Origin: Marsupella aquatica
Lineage: Eukaryota > Plantae > Marchantiophyta
Direction of reading: 5' to 3'
Assembly: GCA_973895155.1 (NCBI GenBank)
Contig: OZ316892.1
Location: 18,838,357-18,902,356, forward strand
DNA: 64,000 bases
Positions 27,700 to 40,826 of the stretch are shown here, one piece after another (within the stretch, counting starts at the first letter, position 1; the number at the start of each line of letters is the position of its first letter). A program made the translations under genes and the position numbers. The notes below the pieces were generated by a model. The model did no database searches. It had not been told where the DNA came from and saw nothing but the letters and a program-made list of their open reading frames with translations.

Positions 27700-28241
27700 G
27701 AGCAGAAGGTAAGCCACATCATGAATTTTTGTGGCAAGGATACGGAGACTGGTGCCCAGATCGCTTCAACTCTTCCTGGAGCGTAGTTGATTCATGGAGA
27801 CTAGAAGAGACTTCGAATTCTGAGAATCTTACCTTGGATGGAGTTCCAGACATGTGCTTCACAGGTGACCCAAGGAGGGTCAACGGTGAGCCTAGAAAGT
27901 ATCTGATGACAAGCCCCACAAGTGGATATCCTAAGATTTATGTCCAGGATATCAATACCAAGTTATGGGCACAGCAACATTCCGTTTCTTGTGATGAAAT
28001 TGCTCGGGAACTTGGAGGGGATCCCCATAGTCACCTCAGACTTGACCCGACTTTTGCAGTCCCTATAAATAACGAGGTTCTCACAATAGCTCGTTGGGCA
28101 AGAGGCGGGCAGTCTGGGTACGAGCTTCTTCAAAGTAGGGGACTTGGAACGCATACCAAAGAAATTGCATGGGAGAGAATCCCACACTCTTCCCCCATTG
28201 AGCCAAGCCTGTTTTTTGGCATATGTCCAATTTTGCTTTGA
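27700..28241 (+). CDS. Possible coding exon of unknown function (beta-rich, possibly F-box-associated/kelch-like)
   Basis: Part of an 888-bp open frame; 3' half has protein-like composition; no diagnostic motif. Confidence 0.3.
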
Positions 28242-29580
28242 GCGATATTTGGCAGCAGGTTCGAAATTTGGCCAAGAGCCAAGTGATGTAACGGAACAAG
28301 ATAGCGCTGCATAGCGAATTTTCCAGTGGCATGGGTGATCAGTAGTGGGCTGTTAGCGTTCAGAGTAGCTCTCCCCATATTGTTGCATTGCTCGGACCCA
28401 GGATCTAAAACTGGGCAAAGAGTTAGCTTGACAATCTGTTGCCGTTAGAGAGTTACATACGCACGAGTACGTAAATATAGATGCTGTCTACCGCCCGTAG
28501 ATGATTGTTCCAGATGTTATATGTCCCTGCCTTGTTCCATGTTATATTGCCCTGCCCTGGCAGTGCTTCATTATGACCAGGCTAACCGGGAGAAGCAGAT
28601 CTGAGCACTTTGTTCATACATTTCAACTTGTATATTCTATCTTGTCCTGTACATACATTTCAACTCTTGTATATTCTGTCTTGTCCTGTACATCTGCGAC
28701 TTGTGTTGTGTTTTTAGATTCACATGTAGGGATGCATATAAGTGTAGCGGGGAATGGTCCATAAAAATGAAATCGTGAATGATGCATGGCACTAGCAAAT
28801 GTATGGAAAGAGGATGATAGCTAGCTAGCATGATATCTATAGAGAGTCTTGCCCACTTCTTGATAGTTTTCATGGTTTATCAAGTAGTATGACATAATTG
28901 GCTTGCTAGGAATGAGAGTGTATTTAACAATGGTAGAAGTAGAAACTCTGATCTGCTAAAGATCTTTCCGGAAATGATTGATCAATTACATGGATTGTGT
29001 GAGGACTCTGGCGCTGCAATCAGCGCGCACACGTCCTCAAGGAGGAAACTGTCAAAGAATGCCTGAAACGGGTTTCACGGGGCGGAGGCACAGTTCACAC
29101 TATCTTTGTCTCTGACTAATGACACTGTTATATGTCTTAGTCCTCTCTTAGATAGGGTTCCACTTTTCCCTGGGTGGGATGCTTGGGGTTGAGCTGCTAC
29201 TTGCGCCCTTATGGTGTTGTTTCTTTGGCTCTTCACTGCCTTTGGGCTTCTGCTAGGACCCCTTAAGAGAGCATGCTAGAAGTATTGGGGATCTTTAGCA
29301 GTTATGTTGTTGTTCTATTGGCTCTGGCTCTGCCTCCAGCCTGCCCTCACTGGGCGTCTTTGTTGCCTTGTTGGCTCCCTTTCCCGTAGGGTTTTGCGGG
29401 ATTTTTTGTTTTATTTTAAATTTAAAAAATGACACCACCAATGAAGTGGGGAATAGGTATATTTCTTGAACCCCATGACCACTTGCAATTCCATCTTGCT
29501 CAGCCATATTTTCATATATATATCTCCAACCTGAGTGGTTGTTACACCATTCTAGGTAGTAGTTGGTATATCGTATTATG

Positions 29581-30870
29581 TTTTTTTTTTTAAATTCATT
29601 TATTCCGCGTGAACCCCATGGATGGGGGAACCAAGCAGGCCCAAAGGCAAAAAAGACCCTAAGAGGGCAAAACAGAAAACATGTGGCGTACAGCCATGCC
29701 AAAAACTTAGTACCTTGGTCAAAAAAACCCCAGTCCCTATCAAGCACCTTCTGGTATCCTAAATCTAACATTGGCACTGTATGATGTAACGGGGAAACAA
29801 AAGGGCCCAGTTTTTCAAGGAGCCAAAAGATGTCCAACACAAAGGGACTCAACCAGTTCCCACTACATCATCAGCAACCGGTTCCTTCTCAGAAAGATAC
29901 TATGCCTCTGATGCCACTTCTCAATATCCTACTTTGTTCTCCTTCCAGCAAGGCAGTTGCACAGACAAGCCGCAAGTGTTTCCTACTGGATTTTGAGACC
30001 GTCGCACCAGCAGCCAGAAAGTCAAGTGCAGCAGAGAAGATCTAAACCTGATCAAAAACTCATTTCTTTGCCAAGTCAAAAGTCTGTCCATTCCTAGCCA
30101 GCCAGATGCTCCATAAAACCTCATAAATCATAACACAACGCAATGTGTTCAGGGGATTTTTCCCATTGCAAGACCGTATTAACTCAAGTAAGCTCAAATC
30201 GGGGCCAATGATCTGCCCATTCATCCATCCCCAAGTAATTCTCCAACAGCAACGTGCAAACCTGCACTGAAAGAAAAGATGAGGGATAGTTTCAACTATT
30301 CCCAAGCAAAGGGTGCAGGACCCATCAGACTTATCAATTTTGAGAGCTCGGGATCCAGAGAAAAGCCCTTGCGCCAAAACTCGCCAAATAAAAGTTTTAG
30401 CCCGAGTGGAAAGATCAGATATCCACAGAACCTGCCAAACCTCATTCCATTCTCTCTCAGAAAGTGTTGCACCCCAAATCCTGTTCAGTCTGAGAGAATC
30501 CGATCCCTTAGTCCGCAGCATCTCATAGACCCGGTGATTGGCAAGCCCAAAAGATTTAATAGGGGTATCAATGTCCAGCCAACGCCACAGCCGTGCTGGT
30601 GCCTCTCGGAGGCTGCAATAGGAGGTAGAGGAGTGAATCGCACAGAAGAAATCCAGGCAAAACGCCCTGACATTTGCCGTTAGTCCACGAATTCGATGCA
30701 TCCTCACCGTCAAGTCCATCCATTCTCCCTCTTCAGTACACCAGAAATCTCCAACCCTGCGAATCCCCAATTTTCCGCACACTTTCACAATCTTCTCTCT
30801 GTCCCCCTCTGGTAGACCATAAAAACCATGTAAGCAGCGTAGCAAATCTTCAATACCCCAATGGCCAGGA
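29581..30870 (-). mobile_element. 5'-truncated L1-clade LINE: ORF2 C-terminal zf-RVT region, 3' UTR and poly(A)
   Basis: WQVLWISDLSTRAKTFIWRVL..CTLCLGIVETIPHLFFQCRFARCCW..LWSIWLARN; AATAAA followed by A11 on the minus strand at 29581-29604. Confidence 0.88.
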
Positions 30871-31089
30871 ATAAAATAGATCCATATGTTTAGTATATAT
30901 GTTATATGAGCCAATAAAGTTCTATTAAGTTTGTGTGGGAGAATAATTCTCTCTTGTGAGTCATTGAAAGGTTATTTTTCAATGTTAAGCCATGGAGATG
31001 GGAGCTTGTGAGGTGACTATGGTGGTTGAGAGCTCTTTCTATGTAGCATGGATTCCATGAGTGCAAGGTGCGTTGGCTTGACATACGTG

Positions 31090-34000
31090 TGTGATCGGAC
31101 CGGACGGGATTGAGTGCATGTTGTCGGCGTCGATTGTTATTTGGATTCTATTGAAGATTACATTGAAAGATCAAATTCAAAATGTGTTGTACGGACTGTG
31201 CGGAAAAAATTAAGTTTGATTGATTGAGTTGTCGACGATTTGTGGTAGCTCGGATTGTGTGTTGACATTATCAAACAGATTGTTAGTATCTCAATTTGTA
31301 GTGGTGTTGAGTTTCTTCCCAATCAATGTATCTAGATCTATGATTGGTGATAGGTTTTGAGTTTGGCCATTAATGTGGGCTGGCTACCAAAAAACATCAG
31401 TTTGGGATGTTGAGGTCATGGTGTTGAATGTTATATAGCTTAGGTCGGTCTGTACTAAAGGTTGGATTGTGATCTATGAAAGGCAGGTTTGCAAAGCTTT
31501 GATTGGCATCTGCTATTTTTATGAAGAGAATTGCTCCTTCCAATTTTGGAAAATGCCAGATTTAAAAGCAGGCTATTGATCTATGAAACCCGATTGGGGA
31601 TGTTTGATTGTGTTGCATCTATCTGTTGTTTTCAGGAAGAAACATTCACAATGTCGTTGGATTTGTAGCGGCACCGACAATGAATGTGCGAAAGTGAGCT
31701 ATCAACAATCATCAATTGTCAACAATCCCAAAGCTGCATTTTCTATGAAAGGATTGAGGTCCGATGTTGCCAAATTTGAAGCCATTGCGCGTGAAGTTGA
31801 AATGTTGTCAAATTGTGTGTGTTGTTGGATGGCACTTTCGTGAAGGAAATTGCCACGTTTGAGTCACAAATGTTGTCATTTATAAGCCCGACAACTTTTG
31901 TTTGTGCACGTGAACACACAATAATTGTGCATGCATAAGGTCAATCACAAGGTCACCCATGGTCAAAAGCAAGCTTGAGGGGTACTAAAAAGTCTCTCAT
32001 TTTCTCCATAAAAAGCATATACTTCTTGTCCTTATTCCAAGAATATTCCATAATGACCAAAATGTGACATGGAATGGTTAGGATTGCTTGGAAAAACTTT
32101 AAAGGCTAGATCTTGCATGCCAAGTGTTTGGAAGTGTGCACAACATTGTTGGAAGTGCCCCCAACCTTGTGGAAGTGTGTCCAACCTTTTGGGGAGGGTA
32201 TTCAACCACATTTTAATGATATTTTAAGTCCTTTCCTGCAGTCCTCCAAAAGTGGTTGTCCTTAGTCTTGATTGCCTCCATTGGTACCCCTCAATCTTGC
32301 TTTCCACCCTATCTCAAGACTATTTTGAGTTACAAACGCAAGGCCGTGCGAGGTCACCCATCTCGAGGCTATTCCCAACCACGGGCGTTTAATTGGCAGG
32401 TTTTTATCACACCTTATGTACACACAAGCTTTCGCAACTTGTTTAGATTGAAGCGTTAGGGGGCTTTATGCACTTCCCAGTTTGTTTAGAGCCCTATTCT
32501 AGGCCAAATCAAAAATTGTCTTAGGGCCTTTGATGTTTTTGAGACCATCTACATGCACAGATTGAATCAGTTTTGCCTAGATTGTCATCTACAACATTGG
32601 AGTGTCATTGTGAAGCTATTATGCCCACTATTATGAAGGCTCTTTGTTGAAACTTATGAACATTATTGTATGGAGTTGCAATTGCTTTGATTATAGAGTT
32701 GTGCTATATCCATTCTTGCTGTCGGATCCTCTCCACAGAAGCTTTGTGCCTATATGCGTCGTGTTAGCTTGATTCTATAGGAATGATTTGGGTTTGCAAC
32801 CGGACACTCTAATTGTGCTTTGCATTTCTCTCATGGTGATGTTGGAGTGATGCCCAGCACACCATGGTGAGTGTTTGCAGTGCTGGCAGAGATAGATTGC
32901 CCCATTAGGATTAGCATATAGATTAGATTTATGGTTACGGTTTGAGTGATTGTCAAAGATTCTTTTGGTGCTACGGAGCTCTCTGATGGATGAGAGACTA
33001 GTTTCACTCGGAGTGGGATGCATTGACCAATGATATTGGTATCAATCAACAGCATAGCTTCAAAGAATGATTTTCACAAGAACTTTGTGATCAGTTCTCC
33101 TTTTCATCGGGCGATTGCACTTTTATTGTGGGATATGAAATACATGTATGGGGTTACCGACAAAAGACCCAAGGAGATACTCTTGTGCAATCGACACGAT
33201 TGATCTGGATAATTTCATCCAAGAGTTTGATACATGGTGCAATTTATGTAGACAAAGCGTAATGCCACGTTGTTCACATCTTTCATGGCATGGAAGAGAT
33301 TATTTTAGCATTTGGAGAGGTCACCCATGGATGATTACCATGAGTTTTGAAAGGCTTGTTTGGTTGAGATTGAGCCATGGAGATAGCATTGGTCGTCTAA
33401 TTATGCATCCATCACATATGGCACTACTGCAGTTGCCCAATCCATTGCCACAACTATTGCTTCTTCTAGCAACACTAGCCAAAGTGGCACACCACCCACT
33501 AGTAGCACTCTAGTAGCATCCACTGCTACTCCACCGATGCAATTGTGGTAGAGCCTAGAGTTGCGCCAACATTTAACCCTATGGTGGAGTTTTTTGAAGT
33601 ATTGAAGCATAACTATGAGGGTGTGAGGACTGATAAGTTGAAGGGTTTCTAAGAGTTTCAACGTAAGACTAAAGAGAGTCTACGTGAGGCATACACCTAT
33701 ATGCAAAGATTGATCACTGTCACCAAGGAAGTGATAGAGGCCCAGGGAGTCTAATTTTGGTATGCACTTCTGGATAGAGAATTGTAATTACGCAAAGTGA
33801 GAGATGTCACTCTACTTAGGGAATGCAAATTCCACATTCGTAGTTGTTTTAACACTTTTGGAGTGCACGCATTAAGCTCAATATGGTGAATTTGAGAAAG
33901 TGGTGATTTTTGGATTTGCCAAGGAAGCACCAAAGGCTGCATCTACACCCACATCATAGCCCACTGCACGTAAGAGCCAGAGGGAGAAGCTTTCTGCACA

Positions 34001-35100
34001 AGAATCTACCAGCCAAAGACTTGTGCCTTCCTATGTTGGACAGCAGTCATGATGTTGGACATGTGAGGATCATGCACAGTGGTATTGCCCTGATCATAGA
34101 GGGTCAAGAGGTGCCTCAACACTTGATCAACAACAATGTGATCAGTGTGAAGCTCCTTGACATACCAAGGATAGGTGTTTCTTACTCCATCCTGAGTTAC
34201 AAAGATAAGAACAATTCGCACATGATCAAGGAAGAGGAGGAAGAGGTGGTGGTCGTGGCTGAGGTTATGCCACATGCAAGGACATGTCAGAGAGGTGATG
34301 CAACTACTCTTATTGTGACCAGAGATCCTAAGGATGCTAAGATTGCACAATTTGGGCAACAACTAGCTGGTATGGCTAGTTCTCAAGTGAGACTTGCTTG
34401 AACTAGTGATGGAGCTTCTACATCTTATAGAGCTTCCACATCTTATGGGGCTGATTGAGACCTTGCTGATTCCACCGTATGAGATTTATGTGTGACACTG
34501 CACACATATTGATGCATCAGCAACTTTGACATGTAAAGCCGTGATAGGTGGTTTGAATTAGTACTTCATCGAATAGCATGTAGCAGGTTTTTATGGATAA
34601 TAAATTGGATTTTCAACACAACTGCAACAAAAGCCCTTGAACCCCAAGGAGCAATAATGGAGCTAGATCCACATAGAGGGGATGCACATGATCGTCAGAC
34701 AAAGCTTCATCAATCTTTTACATTGTTAGAGACAATTTTGACTACTTCTATGAACCCAATTTGTACAAACCCTGGCACTTGTGGGCAAGTAACTGGAAAA
34801 ATCACATGATGTTGTAGCAGGGATGACAGGTACCTTGCTGGGGGCGGCTACCACCATGATACTCTGCACCCCATTATTTTTAGCTTGCAATAGATATGCT
34901 AACATTGAGAGTTTGTCCAATTAATGTGTTCAGATTGGCAACCACAATATATATGTGAGGATACTCCAATTTGGCTTCTCCAACAAAGGCAACATGTTGA
35001 CATTCTAGAGCAGCAAAGTTGACACCACCTATTGCTACTAGTGAGACATGGCATGTAGCAGCGGCAAAGTTGATGGATTTGCCAGCATGCCCTACATTTG
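31090..35100 (+). mobile_element. Heavily decayed Ty3/gypsy LTR retrotransposon (LTR-like region, PBS-like site, gag remnant)
   Basis: TGGTATCA PBS-like site at ~33037; gag-like DLDNFIQEFDTWC (33148-) and EFQRKTKESLREAYTYMQRLI (~33650); degenerate zinc knuckles ~34035-34180; boundaries approximate. Confidence 0.6.
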
Positions 35101-35299
35101 AGAGGAATAGGTTTAAACCTAGCATTGTGTCAATGGATAATCGGAGTGGTATCTTCCAATTAGTTGGGCCAATTGGAGCAGTATTCTAGCCAAAGAGAGT
35201 GTTACCGGATACTTGTGCCCAACCCTTGATGTTGGGTACTTAAGTCTACAGTACAAGGATTGGGATTGAATCCAAAGATCTTGAGGAGTGTTTATCAAC

Positions 35300-35656
35300 A
35301 TGTTGTGAAGGCACTTGACAAGACACTTCACGACATAAGAGAAGACAATAGAAAGTTTGGAGGACTCACTGATGGTTGCATTTGTAGGGGACTTTTGACA
35401 AGTGTTGTTGGTGAAGGCAAGAGGAAGTCGTGCGCAGATTGTGGGAGAATGCTTGAAGAGATCGATCTCACATTTGGCACTCTATGAAAATGTTCAAACT
35501 TGTACGAAGAGTACGCGTGTGCACACCAGTTGGTACATTCACTTCAGTTGAGTTTGGGAACCAAATCGACGGGGAACCAGACTTTCCAATAATGGCTCCT
35601 TCAACTTGGGGATGATAAATTGCCAAAGCAAGGAGCGTCAAATAATATGATTATAT
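35300..35656 (+). pseudogene. Helitron PIF1-like helicase fragment, 5' of insertion
   Basis: ALDKTLHDIREDNRKFGG / AFVGDF*QVLLV.ARGSRAQIV..CLKRS / WLLQLGDDK, characteristic of Helitron RepHel helicase. Confidence 0.85.
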
Positions 35657-36239
35657 CACTATATTCATTAAAACTGAAATTATAAAGGATATAGGGAAAT
35701 TTGGTGATTTAAAAACATAGTTTTAGGCATGAAAATTGTAAATTTGGAAGATGAAAATTCAAGCATCATTAAATGTAAATTTGGGGACAAAAAAATGAAA
35801 TTTTGAGAAAGTAAAATATTAAATTGGATGATATTAAAAAACATTTGGGTGATAAAAGTGTTCATTTGGTTGGAAAATAGATAGAATCTAGTAATAACAT
35901 ATAAGCTTGGATAGCATCTATATTCAAAACATTTAGCTTGAGTAAGATATCTAACTAAGCACCAATACAATGGAATGACTATAGTGTCTAGACAAAGTTA
36001 ACTAGGATGATATCCAACCTACTAGAAGGAATGAAATGGCATCATTTTCTAGAATTAAAATATACTAAGAAAAATAAAATAATAATTATAAGAAAGTCCA
36101 TTCAATAGCTTTGAGAGATCATAGAGTATTAATTTGATTGTCTTGTTCTCTCACTTTAGACCAACGCATGGAAATCAACTCGACCCTCTTAATCACAAGT
36201 CATTTGAGTGGAGACTTGTAACCTACGAGTTCTATCAAT

Positions 36240-39200
36240 CTACTCATCAATTATACCTTCCATGTAAATTTTGAGAGTTTTCAAAACATTCTTAGGAATT
36301 GTCAAACCTCTATCCATAATATTTTGTTCTTTAGCACCTGACTTAAACCCATACATTGCAGAATTTGCAAACTGCCAACTTTGAGTAACATTGTCAAACC
36401 CAGGATCCAGCTCCCAAGTCTTAGTGATTTGAAAGCAACGTTCATATCGAACATCATCCTTTGCATCATGCTTACCATGTTTAGGCCTCCACCATTGTAC
36501 TTGGAACATAGGACCATTCCTAAGAGGAATGCTCTCAACAGATGTTGAAGAAGACCCTTCAATATGTTGCAAATCTGTTGAGGGAACCTCATGGTTTGGA
36601 TCCACACCACCCAAAGCTCGAACCAACCAGAAACGCCCTTTGCCATTTTCCTGTTCCCATTCATCCTCTGGACGTAAAAATACAAAGTGACCTTCTTGAA
36701 TATCTTGTAGAGGAATCCAACGTGCAGGTTCTCGCTCTTGTCGTGCACCAACAAAGGGTGCAGCTTGATCTTCCATCTCTTCCATGTACTCATTTTGAAG
36801 GTCCATCATCTCTGGATTTTGAGAAGGTTCACTTGACGGCTGAGATGTCCCCAAAATCATCTTGTAACCTATGCCATGGTTAGTCTTTGGCCAAAAATCA
36901 GTGGTCAATGGCAAATGTCTTTCCCCCTCCCCTTCTATTGTAAGTTCCTCGGACAGTGCTTGCACAAGATTCTCCCAATATTTGACCAGAGGAAATCTCT
37001 CTTTATATGCTGTAGAGGTCTCATCCTTACAACTTTTCTTCAAGAAATCAATATAGCGATTAAGGAATGGGATGATTTCTCCAGCCTTCTTTGGTACATC
37101 CCCAGATATAGGTTTTGCAAATGGTTGGCCTTCCGATAAAATGAGCGCATTTGTGATGGGATCAGTTCTCCAAATGGACCTCCCCATTGCCGGAAGCCAA
37201 GGTTGCTTGACATGTGCTTTATATTGATACACTGGCACATTATCCCTCATGGAGAAAAGAAATGCCACTGGTTTTGAGTGACCTTCTATCTCTTTCACCT
37301 GGAAAGTTTTCAAATACTCCTTGTAAGATGCAACCTTTTGAATCAATCGTGGTACAGGATGAATGCTTTCACACTCCCAAACCTCAGCCATCAACCCCAA
37401 GAGGGTAGCAACCTCTTTGTATCTGACCTGTTTGGATACTTGAGAAAATAATGCATCCACGTCTTCATGGGTGTGGCCAACCATGAGGAATGACATTTGC
37501 ACAGTTTCAAACACCCCCTGCTAACAAGCTCAGTGCAAAATGCCATCACATATTGATTTTTGTTATCTTTCCCTGAATTGTCCATCTGCAACGTTAGGTG
37601 CCTTGGTACGTACTCGGGGGGGTCACTATATGGAGGGTCATACATCGCGTGCAACGTTTTAGGGTTTGACCCCCCTAACTTTAAAGTGAAAAATATTTTT
37701 TTGCAAAGCCCTTTCTTTCTTAAAATTTTGTCATTTTTTATTAAAAAACCCCTAAAAACTTTATAGAAAGTATTTTTTGCAATTAAATAGGCCTATGTGT
37801 TCTTTAAAGTCGACCAATCAATAAAACATGCCCTATGTGTTCTTCCACCAAACTTTGGAAGTCTTCCGCCACACCCATTTAAATGGGCCTATACTTCGTC
37901 GCACGTGATGTGTCACTTCCGTGGAAGTGACCCCCCCGAGGGTACGTAAGGGGTTGAAAGAGCCCCTAGTAGTCTCAGGATCATCCTTAGAACCAACATC
38001 CACTGTGCTTGACTTTTTAGTCTCCTGACCATCTTCAATGCCTTGAAATCGAACAATTGAAACATTTTTGGGTTCCAAGTAACCGGCCAGAAATGCTTCA
38101 AAGTCTAGAAGGGACTGAAATATTGGCCTAGTTGCATTCCAATTCAATCCCTCAAGAAGGTCTCCAGTTTTGTCTCCTATGTAATCCTCCAAATCTCGGA
38201 GGCATTTGGCCAAAGATGTCACGGTAAAGTCTGCATCTCCAGGCCAAAGTCCAGTCAAACTGAAATGTGCATACACTCCAGGATCTCTTCCATGGGTTAA
38301 CATCCCAGTAAGAGCAATAGGCAAAGGCTGACCACTACCAGAGAGGGATTTTGGAGTGGGGACCAACCTGAGGATCCAAGTCTTGGCTTGATCCATCTTA
38401 TCGTGAATAATGCAAAGATAGTTTTGAGGATCCTTCTTTGCAAGAACCCTATGAGCATAGTAAACATATCTTCTTGACATTTGTTCACGAAGATGTCGCG
38501 CTCTTTTCTCTTCAATCTCTGCACGCTCTTTTTTTCTCTTCTCCCGCATCAATTGATCTTTGAACTCAGTGCAAAATGTGCCCTTGGCAAATGCACTTCC
38601 CTTGTGAAAGTCAAAATTATCAAATGAGTTTTTCCAGATGTTGTACATAGTAACTTCAGTAACCTTAGCAAACCCATCTAATTCCATCTTGGTAAACACC
38701 TCTTGGAAAATCTCCTTCTTAGTAAAACAAGATGGGAGCCGATATTCAATAGTGTCAGTGCCGTTGGACCCACCATAGGGAAGATGTGGCATTGGTTCCC
38801 CATTTTGGATTAAAATGGACTCCAACAAGGCGCGAGCGTGCAAAGTGCTTGATCCTGTCTTCCGTTGTCCCTGATTTCCATGGAAACCAATTGTGCAACC
38901 AGCTTTGTATTGATTTTTGTAGTCATAGTACTTTGTTGTACTGAACCCATGCATTTTAATAAATGCATCTTTACAAACCACACGTCCCTTTAGAACAAAA
39001 AATCCCTTTTTCTCTTGACTTGCTCCTCTCTACACCCAAAGAGACTAAAGATGTGACTTGTTTTGTTGTCACTTGACATTCCATGGTATTCCCTCCTCAT
39101 TGCCTCTAAGTCCTCCCTGGGCATGTTCAAGCAACACTTCAGCTTGCAACAACCTTCTCTTTGGATGGAATCAATGGACTCCTCGTTAATTTTCAAAAGT

Positions 39201-40298
39201 GCCCTCGACTCCAAATGCCTTTTCTTCCTCTTCCTCAAGATCAACTTTTGTCCTCCTAATGAAATTGTATGGTCTTTTTGTAGGTTTACCATCACCATCC
39301 GAATCCGGATCGCCCTTAGTTCGACCCGACTCCATCCACTTCTCTGAAACTTCCTCAAGGATATCCCCAAGAAACCTTTGAGACGAAATCAATAGAAGGG
39401 ATTTGATTTCCCACCTCACCAAGCCAGGGGTACCAACACGGATATTTGGAAATAATCCGGGTTCATTGATATTCACAACAGCAACACCAACATGATCTGC
39501 ACCAAGAAGTTCATCGTCAACGGCACCTATTTCAAATGGGACCGTGATAACACTTGTTGCAACCTTTCGACAATGAGAAGCGTCATACAAATCAACCTCC
39601 TCCGCCATCCAGTTGGAACGTAGTGTAAAATCTTTTAATGGAAGATCATTGAAAATATTTGAACTACCAAACACGCCAAAATCTCGTAGAGTGCCCTTTC
39701 TAGAAACATGCGCAACATCCCAGATAACCCAGGTATGCAAGGCCTCTTCTATTGTATCAGCTCCAGGGTGCGAGTATGACAATTTTTGATTTCCCTTAAC
39801 AATATTAGATATTCTTATACTGATGCGACCAACCCCGAGTGTTTCAGTATGACAAATATCCATCGGATTTGTCTTGAAAACGACTCCATTTGCAACCAAC
39901 TGATCAAAAATGAACATCTGAACTTCATCTCCTTCCTTGAACACGTCCTCTTCAACCCTTGCATCAATTTTGGATTTATCATTTCCAACATCTCTAGCCA
40001 AAGAGAAATCATCGACATTGATTCTTCGGCGCTGAGTTGATGACCTCAAGTATGCCAATGCACAATCCCAAATCACGCAGGAGTCAATTGCCTCAGCCAA
40101 TGTAGAAAATTTGGGCGAAGGAAATGGAAGTTGACGCGATCCATCAAAACACTTTTCGATCAATACCCCAATTCGATTGTCCCCTAGACAAATGTTCTGT
40201 ATAGTATCCTGGGGGTCAACCTTTTGAACTATCCCAATTGCCGTTTCAAATCCATCGATCACCAATGACACTTCATCCCCTCGTGTAAAATTGATCAT
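36240..40298 (-). pseudogene. Sola-like/DUF7869-type DDE transposase with N-terminal repeated Tnp1/DUF8039-like domains (frameshifts, MITE insertion)
   Basis: CIIHDKMDQAKT, LTLQMDNSGKDNKN, FLMVGHTHEDVDALFS; CCKLKC Cys motif; three N-terminal repeats ending VIWD/VIWD/VRWE. Confidence 0.88.
37613..37940 (-). mobile_element. MITE copy 3 (328 bp, inverted), 8-bp TSD GGTACGTA, inserted in the transposase gene
   Basis: GGTACGTA at 37605-37612 and 37941-37948; reverse complement of copies 1 and 2. Confidence 0.97.
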
Positions 40299-40414
40299 GA
40301 TAGCGGACTATCTGTATTCAAATAAAGTTACAAATTGTTAAGTTCCCCATGTTACAATCATGTTTCAAAATCTGGACTCTCCTCCAAAAAATATTGTAAA
40401 ATCACTCAAAACCC

Positions 40415-40826
40415 TAAATACATTCAAGTCGGGTCGGAATTATTTCGACCCTCCTCCAACATTATGTCTTGAAATGATTGAATTGACTAAACATTTACAA
40501 GTCGAGTCGGAATTATTTCAACCCTCCTCCAACAATATGTCTTGAAATGATTGAATTGACTAAACATTTACAAGTTGGGTCAGAATTATTTTGACCCTCC
40601 TCCAACAATATGTCTTAAAATGATTGAATTGACTAAACATTTACAAGTCGGGTCGGAATTATTTCGACCCTCCTCCAACAATATGTCTTAAAATGATTGA
40701 ATTGACTAAACATTTACAAGTTGGGTCGGAATTATTTTGACCCTCCTCCAACAATATGTCTTAAAATGATTTAATTGACTAAACATTGATAAGTTGGGTC
40801 GGAATTATTTCGACCCTACTCCAACT
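40415..40826. repeat. Tandem array, 73-bp unit, each with hairpin GGGTCGGAATTATTTCGACCC (6 hairpins)
   Basis: Hairpin starts at 40431, 40504, 40577, 40650, 40723, 40796; a flipped partial copy at ~40920-40944. Confidence 0.95.

Noticed and set aside
28940-29430. Second LINE 3' end on the plus strand
   Set aside because: Only a T/G-rich tract ending in a short A run; no ORF2 motif or TSD to support it
35644-35651. 8-bp TSD AATATGAT for the 13.3-kb element
   Set aside because: The left copy is 5 bp away from the TIR and this junction frameshifts the helicase, whereas 3-bp removal restores it; not formally excluded
40415-40826. CRISPR array or tRNA cluster (73-bp period)
   Set aside because: Whole units are near-identical tandem repeats; no unique spacers, cloverleaf or A/B boxes
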